Source: Chiloscyllium plagiosum | Lineage: Eukaryota | Reading direction: 5' to 3' | DNA length: 64,000 bases | NCBI RefSeq assembly: GCF_004010195.1 | Contig: NC_057719.1 | Coordinates: forward strand, 38,240,097 to 38,304,096 | Shown: piece after piece, positions 63,015-64,000 of the stretch | Numbering within the stretch: the first letter of the stretch is position 1 | Layout: every line of letters starts with the position of its first letter | Program-made: the position numbers and the translations under genes | Notes under the pieces: generated by a model | Told to the model about the DNA's origin: nothing | Databases searched by the model: none | What the model saw: only the letters and a program-made list of their open reading frames with translations

Positions 63015-63138
63015 GAATAGCAGCAGTGTATTCCTGCAAGCTTCTGTCTTGGATATTTTGGGCAAAGTTGTGCCACAGGAACAATGTTGCTTTCTATGTA
63101 AAACCTATTTCCTATTGAAACCCTTCTCATTACATCAG
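63015..63138 (+). other. Candidate internal exon (+)
   Basis: tttctttgctgaattttgtaatctcag|G...CATCAG|gtgtgt; the phase-2 frame is open and matches the phase of the 54338-54483 candidate. Confidence 0.2.
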
Positions 63139-63383
63139 GTGTGTTGACAATCAAAATTACCTTGGAGTCACCAGGGATGAAAATGTTAATCTCCCAGACA
63201 TTGCTGCGAGCGAGGACTGTGGGACCATACAATAGTTGGCGATAGAAAATTAGGCTGTTTTACCGCCTATCATCCAAACAGTCAGCAAACTACCTCCTTG
63301 TTGCCCATCTAGTGTGGGAAAGGAGAGTGTTCTGGTATAAACATATTAGGATGCCAGTGGCAGGATTGTGGGGATGGAATGGT

Positions 63384-63548
63384 TGGAGATTTACAGGGTA
63401 TTGTAAATCAGATATACAAGGTATTGGTAAAACCAGACTTGAATACTGTGTTACAGTTTTGGACTCCCTATTTAAGGCAAGACATAAATGTGGAGATTTA
63501 CTAGATTTAATACCTGGAATGAGTGGGTTGTCTGCAAGGAATGATTGG
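63384..63548 (+). repeat. Inverted local copy of 62018-62158 with patchwork junction
   Basis: 63408-63548 is the reverse complement of 62018-62158 and shares the same internal deletion relative to other CR1 copies. Confidence 0.92.
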
Positions 63549-64000
63549 GGATGGAGTGGCAGGATTGTGTGGCGATTTGTTCTTGGATATGACCAAAGTT
63601 GGCTGCCCCTACATTACACCGATGTGAATGATGCAATGGTCAATCAGTGTTTTAGTCAATGTGCCAGTGTTTTGTTGTGGGTGGGAATGGGGGAGACCTA
63701 TTTACAATGAAACAGAAGTTATAGAAGACATCATGGTACATAGTGATGAGTATACAAACCTGGGGTAGTAAGTACATCATAGCACACAGAATAATACCTC
63801 TATATATGTTCATCCTCAAGAAACTGCTTAGTTAGTTTTTTTGAATGGTCTTTAATGTTTGTATTTTGTTTTGTTTGTGACTTGAACCACTCCTAAAGCT
63901 TTCCACTGATGCCCATTTGGTCTTAATCATGTAATGAGAGTTTTACCAAGGAATTCTGAAGACCAACTAATGGATAAATTGGTTCTGCTTTAGGCTTTTA

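Overview
Repeat-rich vertebrate genomic DNA, almost certainly from a cartilaginous fish (shark). It carries HE1-type V-SINEs, Deu-domain SINEs, many CR1 LINEs, a second CR1/L2-group LINE with a partner SINE, and several Penelope-like element (PLE) families. A large part of the window is nested transposon debris, and there is one 547-nt assembly gap. The only clear host landmark is a CpG/GC-rich, probably bidirectional promoter at ~19.3-20.5 kb; scattered candidate exons lie on both strands, but I cannot name the gene(s). Three patterns stand out. (1) At least three PLE families carry minimal hammerhead-ribozyme (HHR) motifs; their short, often palindromic insertions share 12-14-bp TSDs and a ~36-nt one-sided tail, and their truncation/fold-back points repeatedly fall on the ribozyme. 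(2) A young CR1 has its C-terminal part replaced by a PLE ribozyme tail right after the FADD motif. (3) Four segments of 39-150 bp were copied locally (0.7-2.3 kb away, direct or inverted), suggesting templated repair insertions. Family names come from recognition, not database searches, and boundaries of old repeats are approximate.
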